From a virus (Duplodnaviria > Caudoviricetes), in IMG/VR virus record IMGVR_UViG_3300026292_000026, positions 1 to 28,219 of that record: a DNA stretch of 28,219 nucleotides; one strand, 5' to 3'. How positions within the stretch are numbered: the first letter of the stretch is position 1; each line of letters begins with the position of its first letter. Under the pieces are notes generated by a model, which was not told the origin of the DNA, did not search any database, and saw nothing but the letters and a program-made list of their open reading frames with translations. The position numbers and the translations under genes are program-made. Of the stretch, positions 18,801-26,629 are shown piece after piece.

Positions 18801-21800
18801 CACCTGCAGCGAAACCAATATGATCCACACGTACTCTCAATCTATTGGTATTGGTAGATGCAACAGAACGATTGAGATCTGCATCTAATACAGAAAGAAC
18901 ATCTCCTTTCTCATATCCAGATCCCTTTGTAGTGATTGTTACAGTTTGAACTATACCATTAACAACAAGTACAGTTGCTTTAGCACCAGTACCTTTACCA
19001 CCAGTAAGTGCTATGTCTGTATATGTGTTAGATGTATAATCAGCACCACTATTAAGAAGGTCTACTCTTCCTACACCAGCATCATTTAACTGAGTCGAGA
19101 AGATAGGTTGCTCTATATCAATTTCTTGTATAGCACCCAACTGTACATACTTTGTAGTCGTTGTAATAGAATCATTAGGATCTATAGAGATGTAAATAGT
19201 ATCTCCTACTCCTAACTCGTGATTACCATCAGTTTTAACAAGAGCAATATTTGTATTAATTTGGAATGGAACTAATCCAGTACTTAAACTCTTAGTTGAT
19301 AGAATTTCTGCACCAATAGTATTCAATAGATTATTACTTCTTAAGTAATATCCTGACTGTTGTGCAAATGTACCAGATTCTACCTTAAATTTAACAGAGT
19401 TTCTCTTATCGGTAGATTCAATTACTTCACCAACAGCAGCTACATTAGTACCATCTGTTAATTCAACTGTAGCACCCTTAGTAAAAGTAGCATTGCTATT
19501 CAAAACAACATTGATTGATAATGTAGTGGAATCAAATAATCCACTATCGTCAAATGACCCTACAACATCCTGTAAGACAAGGATCTTACCATCAAGAACA
19601 TCTCCAACAACAGTACCATAAGCACCGCTAGAGGGTTGTGCAAGGGTGTCTCCAGAGAAACAATAACAATTCTCTGTAATCTGTACTTTTGCTACTCTTC
19701 GAGCATCAGTTGCTCTAATCTCTATAACATCCTTTCCTTTAATAGATTCAACTGTACCAGATGCTTCAGATCCACTGGTATCACTGTTATCTAAGAACAA
19801 CTCAGATCCAACTTTAAAATTATCTGAAGAAGAATATACAGAGAAAGAAGATATGCTACCAGGAGCAACATCTTTAGTTACTGCTGAAAGCTTTACTCCA
19901 TTATCAGGTGTGTCTGCTGTCCTAATACGAATAGCATCAGAAGGTAAGTCATTATGTGTTTGATTCTGATCGTAGTTAGCAGCAAGAGGTAGAGAATAGA
20001 AGTTCTCACCTATGATATATGGATAGACTGGTACATCTGTACTATCTAAAGTAACGAAGTAAGCATATGTACCTTTTGGATACTCAGGTGTTACACAGAA
20101 ACGACCATTGTTTCTATCAAGGGTAGAAGTTCTATCAGCAAAGTAATAATCTTGTATGAATGATCCTAGAGCATATTCACTAACAGAAGGACCATTTGTT
20201 CTAGTAGATTTCTTGATATATCCACTAGTCATCTTAATGATAGCACTAGATGAATCTACTGCATCAGTATATCCATAAGGACCGTAGATTGGATTACCAT
20301 CAAAAGCATATCCAATAATAGGAGAATGATTGGTTCCTGTATCGCTTAAGGATGTTTGGAGAGTAGGTGAATAAGATAGAACACCATAATTATAGAAACC
20401 TTGATCATTAAGGTACGAGAAACCATATTCAGTATCCTTGTCTGTTGTTATTTCATATCTGTTCTTGATCCATTCATAGATGGATGCAGTAGCAGTAGCA
20501 CCAGACCCGTCTGGAATGACCTGTATGAGGATATTCTCTGTGGTATAGAAACTACCAGTGTTTACTGGTGTAGTAGAGGTTATCTGACCAGTAGCAGACA
20601 CTTGAGCAGTGAACTCAGCAAATCGACCTTTCCCTAGTTTATCTACAATCCTAATTGTAGGAGGAGCAGAATAATACTCACCAGCATCAGCAATGATTAA
20701 GCTAGTAATAGCACCACCAGTAACTACTGGTGTAAGTACTGCATTTCTACCAGATACAACTTCTACAGTAGGAGCACTGGTGTAAGAACCAATATCATTA
20801 ACTGTAATTGTTTCAACAACACTACCAGACATATTAGCAGTTGCTTTATATGCCTCACTATTAACAAGAACAAAAGGTGCTCTGCTATATCCACTACCTT
20901 GAGTATTAACAGTAATTTTTGTTATACCACCAGAGAATACACTGCCTAGATCTTTTGCACTATAAGCAAGAGTACCATCCACCATGATACCAATATCTTT
21001 TCTGGATGACTTATAAATCTCAGTCGTAGTAAGGGGTCTCTTCCTTATAGTTCTTAAGATTGACTGGTCAACAGGAGTCTTAGTAGCACTTATAGTCTGA
21101 TTGTAAAATGTTGTTCTCTTAGGGAATCCACTAGTACAGAAATAATAGTTATTCTCATCAGAGAATATTTGTGCTACCCCTGAAATAGTATCAGCATTCT
21201 CAGTTTGAGTCCTAGTGTCTCCTGATGTGACAGTTGATGTACTGTCACTCATATCCCATCTCACTTGTCCCAATTCATTCTTAATAATAGAATCTATGGT
21301 ATCAAAACCACTGTCTTCCACTACAACTTTCTCACCCTCTATACCATATGGTACAACTTCTTTTGGTGATAGGTTGTAAACCACACCCAGGGCAAGGATC
21401 TCAACACCATTACCTGTAATTTTTTTATTATCGTATATTACAGTTCCTGTGTTATGTGTTTGTGTAGATTTTCTACTTTTTATAGTAAATTGCTTAATAG
21501 ATTTACTTGAATATTCAATAACTTCACCAGCAACGTAAATATCACCTTCTTTTGCCCATCCAAAAGTAGTATCAACTGATATTTTATATCCAGCTTGATC
21601 TGTACTACTAATAGGCTTAATAAGCTTAGTCTTATTACTTACAGAGAAGGTATTATTTACACTCCCAGGAGATAAGATCAATTTCCATATCTGTTTACCA
21701 TCTACAGTCTTTTCTTTCTCTACGTTATCAACTACAGCAGAAGCATAATTATCTCCACTCTGTGTAATTACCTTTCCAACTAAATCTTCGGGATTGCCTT

Positions 21801-22533
21801 GAATAGCAATAACCTTTAAAGCATAATCAGTAACCCAATCAGACTCAGATGATTTTAAAGTTATATCCTTTGGATAATATACATCTGTTTCATCAGATGC
21901 TATCAAAGAATTGAAGATAAACTGGATAGAACGCTTTGTACCCTTTGCTTTATAGAAAGAAGAGATGTTCTTTATAAGGGTTCTCTTATCGATCTCACCA
22001 CGCAAATACTTTTCAGGGATACCTGCAAGGTATTCTGACTCAAACCCCTGTATAAGGGCATACAGAAACAGATTACTGATGTTTTGTACTTCAGATCCAC
22101 TAGCATGTGTATCCGCAGTAGTGGAAACAAACTTAGATGTTTTGTAAAGGTCACCTAGAGAGGTGTTACCACTAACTCCTCTTGAAATACCTGTAAATGA
22201 TGTATCTGTCTTACCTGTATAGAAAAAGATCTCTTCACCAACTTTAGCAAGACCTTCTTCAGGAAATCCTTCTGTGTTATCAACTGAAATAGTAACGTCC
22301 GAGATACCAGTGATAGCAGTGGTTTTCGAGGACTGTTTTAGTATATTTTTACTATAAAAGTTTATATCACGATATTTGGTTAAGTTTGATACAATATCTA
22401 AAACTCCACCACTAAGTTCTTGATGCTCATAATAAGCTTCAAGAAACCTAACGAACATCTCATATTCTCCCACAATAAATTGTGGGATCTGACTTTCAAT
22501 CAGTGAGGAAATATTTCTTGACTTTACGTTCAT
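12814..22533 (-). CDS. gp7: Giant baseplate wedge initiator gp7 (3239 aa), multidomain
   Basis: ISSLIESQIPQFI..EY..FV.FLEAYY, LIKNISSFYKAKGT..SI.FIF and DNNFYQDYSYVV...W...KESVHPAGFKLFG are gp7-type core motifs. It lies between gp6 and gp8, with an ATGA overlap with gp6. Confidence 0.88.
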   Translation of the reverse strand: MNVKSRNISSLIESQIPQFIVGEYEMFVRFLEAYYEHQELSGGVLDIVSNLTKYRDINFYSKNILKQSSKTTAITGISDVTISVDNTEGFPEEGLAKVGEEIFFYTGKTDTSFTGISRGVSGNTSLGDLYKTSKFVSTTADTHASGSEVQNISNLFLYALIQGFESEYLAGIPEKYLRGEIDKRTLIKNISSFYKAKGTKRSIQFIFNSLIASDETDVYYPKDITLKSSESDWVTDYALKVIAIQGNPEDLVGKVITQSGDNYASAVVDNVEKEKTVDGKQIWKLILSPGSVNNTFSVSNKTKLIKPISSTDQAGYKISVDTTFGWAKEGDIYVAGEVIEYSSKSIKQFTIKSRKSTQTHNTGTVIYDNKKITGNGVEILALGVVYNLSPKEVVPYGIEGEKVVVEDSGFDTIDSIIKNELGQVRWDMSDSTSTVTSGDTRTQTENADTISGVAQIFSDENNYYFCTSGFPKRTTFYNQTISATKTPVDQSILRTIRKRPLTTTEIYKSSRKDIGIMVDGTLAYSAKDLGSVFSGGITKITVNTQGSGYSRAPFVLVNSEAYKATANMSGSVVETITVNDIGSYTSAPTVEVVSGRNAVLTPVVTGGAITSLIIADAGEYYSAPPTIRIVDKLGKGRFAEFTAQVSATGQITSTTPVNTGSFYTTENILIQVIPDGSGATATASIYEWIKNRYEITTDKDTEYGFSYLNDQGFYNYGVLSYSPTLQTSLSDTGTNHSPIIGYAFDGNPIYGPYGYTDAVDSSSAIIKMTSGYIKKSTRTNGPSVSEYALGSFIQDYYFADRTSTLDRNNGRFCVTPEYPKGTYAYFVTLDSTDVPVYPYIIGENFYSLPLAANYDQNQTHNDLPSDAIRIRTADTPDNGVKLSAVTKDVAPGSISSFSVYSSSDNFKVGSELFLDNSDTSGSEASGTVESIKGKDVIEIRATDARRVAKVQITENCYCFSGDTLAQPSSGAYGTVVGDVLDGKILVLQDVVGSFDDSGLFDSTTLSINVVLNSNATFTKGATVELTDGTNVAAVGEVIESTDKRNSVKFKVESGTFAQQSGYYLRSNNLLNTIGAEILSTKSLSTGLVPFQINTNIALVKTDGNHELGVGDTIYISIDPNDSITTTTKYVQLGAIQEIDIEQPIFSTQLNDAGVGRVDLLNSGADYTSNTYTDIALTGGKGTGAKATVLVVNGIVQTVTITTKGSGYEKGDVLSVLDADLNRSVASTNTNRLRVRVDHIGFAAGETTMNIDSIVGLAKNDLLKVGEEVVKVTAISDTSVTVTRAQENTTDTDHYDDEVVSLYNGNYRFSVGSTVSVTGVTALDPVVLSYSNNKLVVEHNNGFFNSGDFAPYKITDQSTIFDESDPKRTIKITTVTDYKIVTKISDSESGPYVVSPNLNIQEFYQYRFDLSHFTNNDSEFIISPSKNDNIIAPEVVNVGIPGTPNSYAYVKFGYGARTGTIDLTGTLNNRVARRYQRYYYKSIVRTRTNGDNTIRIGPSTTIEDTDSYMEIVNDPLQGRQVITDALTTVSTGVQVSFVTADRFVYEMSQVPEWFGTGTQRYTSESRSAVGGIDKVKVANLGSGYKKVPIVEGCELHTEYAATATATWDPINKNIVDVTVNTAGSNYSKPKVVVSDGDGTEASFEVLKTADNKIARVNVINKGKNYSYKPSLKVIEGDLRAYALGDSIGITKNVEINYNSSGIWNDTSTLRRHSCSDVLIVNTTDNFLNGEQVKQGNSIGRVVPNGWRPGSNILKVSVESGEFVSGTNVLGVASKASGNVVKVLKTEFDVDLRSYYDNLGTFESDKGKVGVRTHKIADNNFYQDYSYVVESKTIIDDWRDLIKESVHPAGFKLFGELNVESAGAVKISDNSKTSQVSTLKLWNEETNKASVTGSKRYHQTVVNLSENINVIKGTGSLTEKSSDTSGLIAREIKLTPAFDGDFNSAGNISGTREFTIVDAGTNAPITPYNAMALTITLDGVLQEPEVAYTVSGDKITFASAPLGPRTENNATTKATKFLGRLFQFKDSSQNATYLKKIRQIFQREGTWIDAANQLRFNRLFIQEEAIGYVKAKYPSLTWNTLESKCMRDIGLIVDAYEHDLRFGGNSASYDAAQKYFADGSLAYINAQLTESIEAYEYAMNLCVAAARNWDVSMNGCTVTQGLDIIDVPSTLGICIGMDVSTGQQFNPGTKVTEIISPTRIRVSRDGNLSYAAQTITTLVTTTGQTNYGPTQVQSGGTLNVAPSAVTTIYSSLNNIDEVTFSFARTNTGKYMDAARLILKNKNYIQEETLGWTKASYPNLSIPNEDKCKRDTGYLVDAVVYHLRYGGNRNIIDFAERYYTGYKLSHITDQLTESIAAYGKAKDLMVTAMRNSLGAGTYTTISPFTDAILPDPQSSQGLCADVEQTLNTYDDIISSILTKGPYTIEKTVDNSQRNGNWTSVRTYSNNNILSKDDVYTECSTVVSALNSLFLNVKEILSGNSVTKSLPDYFNDDNKEFELYYTDNTPVKTAVKQDLFVGVNGVFQDAKYDETFPRNNSYYLKRAASASDPDIIVFSEAPKWKQNLNTLTVQEPLAVEKFFAHNVSGYRRLVIDEGNFNGSVLGPFTMRDEETKDVIVVDDDRFLFVYIDGILQQRTRSYTINESSITFSQALKEGQFVSIVLLTGTSTDQILSAYNIEPNLFMNEVTVKVTGLDSAYDTFSNTKDGQIVWQFTDNTYPTPDEYHTVGMLRGHGLVSGGWEFIMSAQNPTIDFNKPLRIAANTDFINASYIEVDLSTATNTVTYATEDGQRVMKKDTAGWLYATDRPNMTNVEPGDKILIDGENEYRTVKKVPSRINPLNFVPDTQASSDSVGSVTVSNYNGLSRGEGLDVKAVLTGDVVTSLTWNKRDLSKNPDAYQYDTPPQLIFESSNSAGGGAKAHVIVDGGEVIDVILDAGGSGYTAVPIVNVSRSYKIIKKHRQFDTKYIKHLENLITGTNSLTTASSIGEATQLAYEFTHSVAPVSSQVKQLEVTQQLLRNVSAPDISPEIILKPKESSVSNNIVSILSTPGNTVKQLKAFAQASSSREVAVTTAPTTTPAMTITSAVDVKKADLLDVDLSWGDAYVYVPNTASFDSSGNIQVGEYYIDYSSKLSDRFVIKYNGAVLDTNLSIATTGTGYPNSGTATCTGGDGSGFQVSYTAVSGALTNVTVYTGGLDYNTGNVVTVTGGTISATLTIGDVITNSTSERGVASVAPATISAGTLVRQV
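15115..16395 (-). repeat. Two phycobiliprotein-like helical repeats inside gp7
   Basis: Repeat 1 (about 16096-16395): DAANQLRFNRLFIQEEAIGYVKAKYP..SKCMRDIGLIVDAYEHDLRFGGN..QLTESIEAY. Repeat 2 (about 15430-15726): DAARLILKNKNYIQEETLGWTKASYP..DKCKRDTGYLVDAVVYHLRYGGN..QLTESIAAY. Two Cys-led helices follow. The repeat is directly visible; the fold assignment is inference. Confidence 0.7.
19996..21129 (-). other. Split YHYH-family-like domain inside gp7
   Basis: IGIMVDG...[beta-repeat insert]...HSPIIGYAFDGNPIYGPYG...LDRNNGRF...TPEYPKGTYAYF...YPYIIG. Confidence 0.65.
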
Positions 22534-24335
22534 TCTGGAAGAGCACTAAAGTTGGATTTAGAGATATCGATATCAAGATAGACTTCACGAACAGCACTTA
22601 CATCATTAGATGCAGGTTCTACTCTTAATTCAATTCTATTGTCTGTAAAACTACCCTTAATAATTGTTAAATTATATAATTTGATCTCACCATGCTTATA
22701 ATTAATATCACCCACACCCTTGACCAGGTATATCTTTTCACCAGTTAGGGAGTTCAGTCTATATAGGTCGATTTTTCCTTTTGTATCATCCTCAAGATAG
22801 ACTGTGAAAGAAGGATACTCACTAACAATAAACCCAGTTGACTTCAATACAGAAGCATCACATGAGTCTTTGAATTCATTCAAGTAACATAACTCATAGT
22901 AGAAGGTAGAGTTAAGTGTTGGATAGAAATCTTTTCTGAGTGTAACCTTTGTTATGTTGGATATAATTGCGGTATCAGATCCATCAATTACAGATGCAAA
23001 CTTACTGTGACGGAACTTACCGTTGAACTTCTCTGTTTCAGAAGATGCAATGTAGTCCTCAACAGCAGTAATAGCTTTAGTTTGCAACTCTGCTTTAGTT
23101 AATGTAGTAGTCGATGATTTATAACTGATTGTGGAATCAAGTTCAATGTATAGAATAGAAGGATCCACTACCACAGGAGTAACAGATGCTACTGTGTAGT
23201 CTTTAAGTTTCTTTTCTATGTCTTTCTTAGTGAAAGATGATAGTGCTATTGCATTTTGTGGTTTAATAGCAACCTTAACCTTACCAAATTCAGGTGGGTT
23301 GTCTTCTTCTCCACCAAATGTTATAATATCTGATACAGCAGGGTATATTTTCTTAATAATATTCTGATAATCATCTGATGTTACTGCTCTGTCCTGAGAC
23401 GCATATGCCCTTGGAGCAGACTTCTTGATAGAAGACATAGATTCCGATGTAGCACCCCCTGCAGAGGCACTCACAGTAGTTAGAGTGGTAGTAAAAGGTA
23501 TTGAAGATGTCTGACCTTTCTCAGTTATGATACCAGAGAAACTAAATGATGATGATTGATTACTTGCTGGACCTTTAGTAACAAGATAACTTATTTCAAC
23601 ATAATTACCGTTATCTAACTTTTTACCGAAGATTCCGTCACCAAAGAAGAGTTCATAGTTCTCATCTTCGATTTCTTCCACAAAATATACTTTTGAGGTT
23701 CCGTCAAGGTTAAGAATGTTATCTGCTGCATTAAAAGTAGTGAAACTGGTGCTACCTTGTTGTTCATAAACCTTAACAATTATAGATGAGGTATCAACAC
23801 CAGTATTATTGATAACAAATCGCTGATTTTTAAGTGTAGTGTTGATTGAATAAGCTTGAGTGAGTAAAGTACCCTCTTTTACCTCTAAATTATCCCATGT
23901 AGCGACACCATTTACTACTGGTGTCTCTTGATCATCAACAGTAACGTACTGATATAGAACATCATCAAAATTTGTAACAAAACCTGTACCTTTTTTTAGT
24001 ACAAATGTATCAGGTGCAGTACCACCGCCACTATATGTCGCAATTAATTTAATAGTAGCAGTAGGGGCAGTAGTAGATCTAGGTCTATAACCAATTTGCT
24101 TTGCTAATGCTACTACATTATCCCTAAGAGTTGCAGAATCAAGAAATAACTCATTCACTACCATATTGGTGTTGAATGCAGTATAATAAGTATTGTATGC
24201 TAATACATCAAGTACCTGACTCAGAGCAGACCCTTCAAAGTCATAGTCAGTAAAATCTGACTGTGCTCTCATATAATCCTTGAGAGCAGTCTTTATATCT
24301 GCAAATTCTAAGTTTGCTAATTGAGTATAGGGCAT
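22530..24335 (-). CDS. gp6: Baseplate wedge subunit gp6 (601 aa)
   Basis: LEFADIK..LK.Y.....FTDYDFEGSALS..LDVLAYNTYY.AFN.NM..NE.FLDSATLRDNVV, YELFFGDGIFGK and QDRAVT..DY. Confidence 0.95.
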   Translation of the reverse strand: MPYTQLANLEFADIKTALKDYMRAQSDFTDYDFEGSALSQVLDVLAYNTYYTAFNTNMVVNELFLDSATLRDNVVALAKQIGYRPRSTTAPTATIKLIATYSGGGTAPDTFVLKKGTGFVTNFDDVLYQYVTVDDQETPVVNGVATWDNLEVKEGTLLTQAYSINTTLKNQRFVINNTGVDTSSIIVKVYEQQGSTSFTTFNAADNILNLDGTSKVYFVEEIEDENYELFFGDGIFGKKLDNGNYVEISYLVTKGPASNQSSSFSFSGIITEKGQTSSIPFTTTLTTVSASAGGATSESMSSIKKSAPRAYASQDRAVTSDDYQNIIKKIYPAVSDIITFGGEEDNPPEFGKVKVAIKPQNAIALSSFTKKDIEKKLKDYTVASVTPVVVDPSILYIELDSTISYKSSTTTLTKAELQTKAITAVEDYIASSETEKFNGKFRHSKFASVIDGSDTAIISNITKVTLRKDFYPTLNSTFYYELCYLNEFKDSCDASVLKSTGFIVSEYPSFTVYLEDDTKGKIDLYRLNSLTGEKIYLVKGVGDINYKHGEIKLYNLTIIKGSFTDNRIELRVEPASNDVSAVREVYLDIDISKSNFSALPE

Positions 24336-24730
24336 TATCGTGTACGACTTAGAAAGAATTCGACATCAAAGGGGGCAAGATCATCTCTACCAATTACTTT
24401 GAATGCAAGTTGTACCTCAAATCCATTCTGATCAAAATCTGGTTCTACACCTAGTGAAATAATACTAATCCTAGGCTCATATTTCGATAAACACTCTCTA
24501 ATAGCGTCTGATATATTCGCAGCAGTACCATAGTCTAACTGGTCAAACAAATAAGTCGGTACATTCGATCCGTACTCTGGATCAAACAACCGTTCTCCTT
24601 TATTCGTCATCAATATATTCACTACTGCCTGTTTCACTGCAGCATCTTCTTTCTTCACAAGAAGATCATTTGTGATCTTATTTCTTGTAAAAGATATTGA
24701 TAGATCTTTAAATTTCGTTACCGAAGGCAT
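24335..24730 (-). CDS. gp25: Baseplate wedge subunit gp25 (131 aa)
   Basis: FKDLS.SF, AVKQAV.NI..T.KGERLF.PEYGS and YEPRI are gp25/GPW motifs. Coupled to gp6 by TAATG. Confidence 0.95.
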   Translation of the reverse strand: MPSVTKFKDLSISFTRNKITNDLLVKKEDAAVKQAVVNILMTNKGERLFDPEYGSNVPTYLFDQLDYGTAANISDAIRECLSKYEPRISIISLGVEPDFDQNGFEVQLAFKVIGRDDLAPFDVEFFLSRTR

Positions 24731-24731
24731 T

Positions 24732-24761
24732 TAAAGTGATTTGAGTATCACTTTATTTAGC
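24732..24761 (-). promoter_or_regulatory. Late promoter GCTAAATA (24754-24761) overlapping a 9-bp hairpin covering the gp25 leader
   Basis: Minus strand reads GCTAAA-TAAAGTGAT-ACTCAA-ATCACTTTA-A-ATG, with perfect arms at 24747-24755 and 24732-24740. Confidence 0.7.
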
Positions 24762-24764
24762 GAG

Positions 24765-25277
24765 TTAATTAAGTTTTAGCCAGTCGTCATCAACTCTCGT
24801 ACTCATAAAGTCCATAATCAGAGAGTATCTTTTATCACCTGATGCGTGTTTTGGTACACTATGAGTCAATTCAGAACTGAATATTACTAGCTCTCCTCTT
24901 TTATTATAATGTTTTTCACCTTCGTATATTGTACCTGTGGTAACATCACCACCTAAAAACAGATTGGTACAACGATACGGATATTTTTCCCCTCTAGACC
25001 GTCTATCATCCATATCTCTATGCTTATGTGGTTCTACTTCCATACCATTTGATAGGATATTAGCCCAACAGTTCACATAAGACCTTCTACCAAACAATAA
25101 TTGTAATTTCTCCCACAATACTTCCTTAACACGAGGTAATTCAAGTGGATTCTCTTGATAACCCAATCCAACTCCATACCAATCCTTACGTTCACCAGCC
25201 ATTGCTAGTATTTCTTCAATAATGATATCACATTCTTCTTCAGTGATAAAATTAGGGATTTTAATTACGTCCATCAT
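24765..25277 (-). CDS. Putative 2OG-Fe(II) oxygenase-fold protein, HxH type (170 aa)
   Basis: IPNFITEEEC, CWANI....HKH, GELVIFSS.LTH.V and RYSL follow the DSBH oxygenase pattern. Confidence 0.8.
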   Translation of the reverse strand: MMDVIKIPNFITEEECDIIIEEILAMAGERKDWYGVGLGYQENPLELPRVKEVLWEKLQLLFGRRSYVNCWANILSNGMEVEPHKHRDMDDRRSRGEKYPYRCTNLFLGGDVTTGTIYEGEKHYNKRGELVIFSSELTHSVPKHASGDKRYSLIMDFMSTRVDDDWLKLN

Positions 25278-25887
25278 AAAAAAATACTTGGTTCATTCTT
25301 GGTAGACCTGTGGAAAACAGATCAGAGCATAGATTCATACCATGACAATGCTTTCTAGCATTGAACATAATTAAACGGTTGAACTTAGGTTCAAAGGTAT
25401 GTATCAACTCATACTCACTCTTTGGTCTCCAAGGTTCATAGTGTTCTTCAGTTGCAAACTTTGCTTCTTCTTCCTTTTTGTTTGTACGATACAAATTAGT
25501 CCCAGTATCGTCTTCTTCATTCAAATATAGTATAGCAGTATATCCTTGATCAAAATGAGGCCACCAGTAATGGGTATCAGGTGTATGAAATGATGATCTC
25601 TTCATACGAAACACATTAGTGGAGATTCTTCTCTCACCGTCTTTACCTAAAGGTGGTTGACGAGACCATTGACTTAAAAACTTATAGATCGGTGTAACAT
25701 GATGAGAATGAAGGGTATGACGCATGTCTTTAAAGTACCTACCATTATATGAAGGTGTTGCATCATGCTTATGTGGTGTTGGATCTAGTGTTAACAGTAA
25801 TTCTCTTACCTTCTCAGGAGACCGATAGAAATCATCAATAATGATACCATATTCAGTCTCCTTTACATTCGTTTGAAATTCAAACAT
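25261..25887 (-). CDS. Putative 2OG-Fe(II) oxygenase-fold protein, HxD type, DUF6445-like (208 aa)
   Basis: IIDDFY..PE.VR, PHFD..YTAILYLN, GTNLY, FNRLIMF....CHG and R.NQVFF. Confidence 0.78.
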   Translation of the reverse strand: MFEFQTNVKETEYGIIIDDFYRSPEKVRELLLTLDPTPHKHDATPSYNGRYFKDMRHTLHSHHVTPIYKFLSQWSRQPPLGKDGERRISTNVFRMKRSSFHTPDTHYWWPHFDQGYTAILYLNEEDDTGTNLYRTNKKEEEAKFATEEHYEPWRPKSEYELIHTFEPKFNRLIMFNARKHCHGMNLCSDLFSTGLPRMNQVFFYDGRN

Positions 25888-26462
25888 CAGTTCAACTTTC
25901 TCATCATGCTATTTAAACGATGGTCATGTATATCACATGCCATAGTAATACGAACGTCCTTACCAGTATAAGGTAACGACCAATGGGGTATGGTATCTCC
26001 AAAGATCAAAAGACGACCTTTCTTATTTGGATAGTTCACACCATCATAGATTGTACCTGTTGCTTCGTCTCCTCCTAAGAAGAGATTCGCACATGTGAAC
26101 GTCCTTGGTCGAGCATGATGGGGTTTAGAAGGATCATTGTGTATATGCTTTGTTATACAGTCACCTTCCCTAAACGTATTAAACCAGCATTGAACCCAAC
26201 GCTGGCGACCATACATCGTTAAAAACTTAGGCTTTAAAATAGACCCGATGAGTTCGTCATCAAGTCCATTGTAGTATTTAAAGCGACCAGTAAGTTTATC
26301 ACCCTTTACACCACCATAATCATGTTCACCTAACGCCATCCAATCTGGTTCTCTTACAAGTACCTGATTATAAACAGCGTCTGCCTCAGCTTCAGTTAAA
26401 AAGTTGTCTATTGCGAAAATGTGAGTCATCGGTGATGAAATCACGTCACTTTTTTTAGTCAT
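25887..26462 (-). CDS. Putative 2OG-Fe(II) oxygenase-fold protein, HxH type (191 aa); paralog of 24765-25277
   Basis: IDNFLTEAE, CWFN......I.KHIH, NLFLGGD..TGTIY, GRLLIF...PHW and RITMA.D. Confidence 0.8.
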   Translation of the reverse strand: MTKKSDVISSPMTHIFAIDNFLTEAEADAVYNQVLVREPDWMALGEHDYGGVKGDKLTGRFKYYNGLDDELIGSILKPKFLTMYGRQRWVQCWFNTFREGDCITKHIHNDPSKPHHARPRTFTCANLFLGGDEATGTIYDGVNYPNKKGRLLIFGDTIPHWSLPYTGKDVRITMACDIHDHRLNSMMRKLN

Positions 26463-26608
26463 TAGCAGTGTGTATAATCCATAGCTTCATCCCAGTCAAT
26501 AAGATCGTCTTTGACCTTACTCACGTCTCTCTTTTTGGACTTACTTAAGTACCAGTCAGAGTCACATTCAGAAATGAATTTTTTTTCGTTATTTTTGGTG
26601 TCTTCCAT
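26462..26608 (-). CDS. Small hypothetical protein (48 aa)
   Basis: Not in the track. Manual translation MEDTKNNEKKFISECDSDWYLSKSKKRDVSKVKDDLIDWDEAMDYTHC. Its stop overlaps the next ATG (TAATG). Confidence 0.65.
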   Translation of the reverse strand: MEDTKNNEKKFISECDSDWYLSKSKKRDVSKVKDDLIDWDEAMDYTHC

Positions 26609-26629
26609 TCGGAGTCTTCGGCGATTTTT

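Noticed and set aside
21972-22154. 60-aa alternative-frame ORF inside gp7
   Set aside because: Short, wholly nested, and no motif or SD; expected by chance.
2655-22533. Inteins or introns explaining the giant ORFs
   Set aside because: I saw no intein splice motifs or homing-endonuclease motifs, and the frames are uninterrupted. A profile search was not run.
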